Assembly: GCA_965249555.1 (NCBI GenBank)
Contig: OZ252243.1
Location: forward strand, 1,792,001 to 1,856,000
Source: Nitrosopumilus sp.
GTDB taxonomy: Archaea; Thermoproteota; Nitrososphaeria; Nitrososphaerales; Nitrosopumilaceae
Length of the DNA stretch: 64,000 bases
Direction of reading: 5' to 3'
Shown one piece after another: positions 62,616 through 64,000 of the stretch; within the stretch, counting starts at the first letter, position 1; each line of letters opens with the position of its first letter. The notes under the pieces were generated by a model. That model ran no database searches. It had not been told where the DNA came from and saw nothing but the letters and a program-made list of their open reading frames with translations. Both the position numbers and the translations under genes were made by a program.

Positions 62616-63452
62616 TTAATTTTCTTTTTCAAATTTAGTAATCCATGTTTTAAGATCTATTATGGATTCTTGAGGTAATTCTCCTTTAACTACTACTGGA
62701 AATGCAAATCTTTTTTGTAATTCTAATACTAAATTTTCTTGTCCAAATGGATAAATCTGATCTTTAAATTGCCATAATAATCCTTTTTCTTCTTGAATGA
62801 TATCTCGATGTATCTCTTGCCATCTACATGCAAATATTGGATATATTCCTAGAAATCTACACATTTCTAACTTGGTAACAATCTCTGATTTTGGAGTTTG
62901 ACTCAACATATTTTTTATTTCTACTCCTACTGCAATTTTTCTTACTTTATGTTCTGCAATAATATCTAATATGTGCTTTGTTCTAGACCATTTTTTTCCT
63001 CTATAGGTTCTAACATATTTCTCCTCTAAAATTTCAAATCCATTTGCTCGTAATTCATTTTTTACCAAATAATGAAGATGCTCACCAACCATCTTAGCTA
63101 TCTTTACATCAGAATATCTGGAAATCCAATATGCCGATTTTTCTATTTTACCTAACATGTTTTTTTCAATGTTTTCTATTGGCGGTCTTGCTGAAAAATA
63201 GAATCTTGCATTTCCTACTCCTTGAATATTATATTTGAGAGATTGTAAAATCCCCAAATCTTCCATATTGTTTAATGCATTTTTTACTTGACTTGTAGAA
63301 TATTCCTTTTCTAGCATTACCTGTATAGCCGATTCATGTCTGGGTGTTTTTTTTGGTCGATTAGAACTATCAAAAAAAAGCCCAAATATGCTCTTTTTTA
63401 GTTTAACATCCATATTTTCTTTGCGTAAAACATGAATTTGTATTTTACGCAA
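62616..63452 (-). CDS. wHTH plus PD-(D/E)XK endonuclease-like protein
   Basis: GE...GF......LDIIAE...GVEIKN. Confidence 0.6.
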   Translation of the reverse strand: MRKIQIHVLRKENMDVKLKKSIFGLFFDSSNRPKKTPRHESAIQVMLEKEYSTSQVKNALNNMEDLGILQSLKYNIQGVGNARFYFSARPPIENIEKNMLGKIEKSAYWISRYSDVKIAKMVGEHLHYLVKNELRANGFEILEEKYVRTYRGKKWSRTKHILDIIAEHKVRKIAVGVEIKNMLSQTPKSEIVTKLEMCRFLGIYPIFACRWQEIHRDIIQEEKGLLWQFKDQIYPFGQENLVLELQKRFAFPVVVKGELPQESIIDLKTWITKFEKEN

Positions 63453-63529
63453 TATTTTTAACTTTTTTCAGCCTATTTCTTCTATTTACTAAATGAGCTA
63501 GGAATTATAACTCCTCTCGTAAGTGGTAA

Positions 63530-63644
63530 TCAAGATCTTACGGTGCTAATCCTTGATTAATTTAGCATATAATATTCGTTAAACTTTATAATGTATATAC
63601 TATATTTGCTAAAATATGCTAAAAATAGCACCGTAAGATCTTGA
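63530..63644. repeat. Perfect 19-bp inverted repeats enclosing a TATA-containing 77-bp segment
   Basis: TCAAGATCTTACGGTGCTA at 63530-63548 and TAGCACCGTAAGATCTTGA at 63626-63644. Confidence 0.9.
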
Positions 63645-63645
63645 C

Positions 63646-64000
63646 ATGACAGAAAAAACAACCGTAGACATCACACCTGACAAGAGCTTAATTCAAAAAT
63701 TAGGGCTTACTGGATATAGAACAGCTGAGGCTATCTCAGAATTACTAGATAATTCCATAGATGCAAGAATTGGAGAAGATACAGAACGTATCGATGTAGT
63801 CTTAGATTTTGTTGGAAAAACTATCTCAGTATCTGATGATGGGTATGGGATGAATCTTGAAGAATTAGAAAAAGGGTTGACTATTGCAAAAGGAACAAAA
63901 CTGGAAAAAGAGAAACTAGGAAAGTTTGGATTAGGGATGAAAAGTGCATGTTCTACACTAGGAAAAGAATTCACAATTACAACGTCAAAAAATAATTCTG
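63646..64000 (+). CDS. GHKL (MORC/MutL-like) ATPase, runs off the window
   Basis: Manual translation MTEKTTVDITPD...AISELLDNSIDA...SDDGYGM...LGKFGLGMKSA. Confidence 0.88.
   Translation, partial: MTEKTTVDITPDKSLIQKLGLTGYRTAEAISELLDNSIDARIGEDTERIDVVLDFVGKTISVSDDGYGMNLEELEKGLTIAKGTKLEKEKLGKFGLGMKSACSTLGKEFTITTSKNNS

Noticed and set aside
63693-63974. 93-aa minus-strand ORF
   Set aside because: Antisense to the GHKL ATPase, which the ORF track missed because it runs off the window.

Overview
AT-rich archaeal chromosome segment, most likely Nitrosopumilaceae (ammonia-oxidising Thaumarchaeota), judged from cdvA, thyX, psmB, fen, trmI, acs and conserved hypothetical proteins. Core blocks (about 13-20.9, 23.7-30, 36-41 and 56-62 kb) alternate with decayed accessory regions rich in IS110, IS1595, IS5/IS4-like and SWIM/IS6-like remnants and pseudogenes, which suggests, but does not prove, a host-associated lineage. 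Main observations: (1) a structured RNA-like motif follows an intact DUF3800 gene, and a homologous copy at 48.2 kb has a CRISPR-like repeat-spacer-repeat layout whose 35-nt spacer is 31/35 antisense to the 3' non-coding end of a nearby IS110; (2) two giant mosaic FN3/Ig surface-protein genes carry a G11 tract in the signal peptide and share mobile-element flanks; (3) a tRNA-like gene has an alanine-type acceptor stem (G3.U70, A73) but a non-Ala anticodon loop; (4) two near-identical IS110 copies differ mainly in their putative bridge-RNA target loops; (5) a candidate invertible promoter lies between a nuclease-like gene and a GHKL ATPase; (6) an HTH-nucleotidyltransferase/GTPase/GAP1-N2-like operon faces an HD hydrolase. 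All alignments and counts were made by eye; family names come from motif recognition, not database searches.
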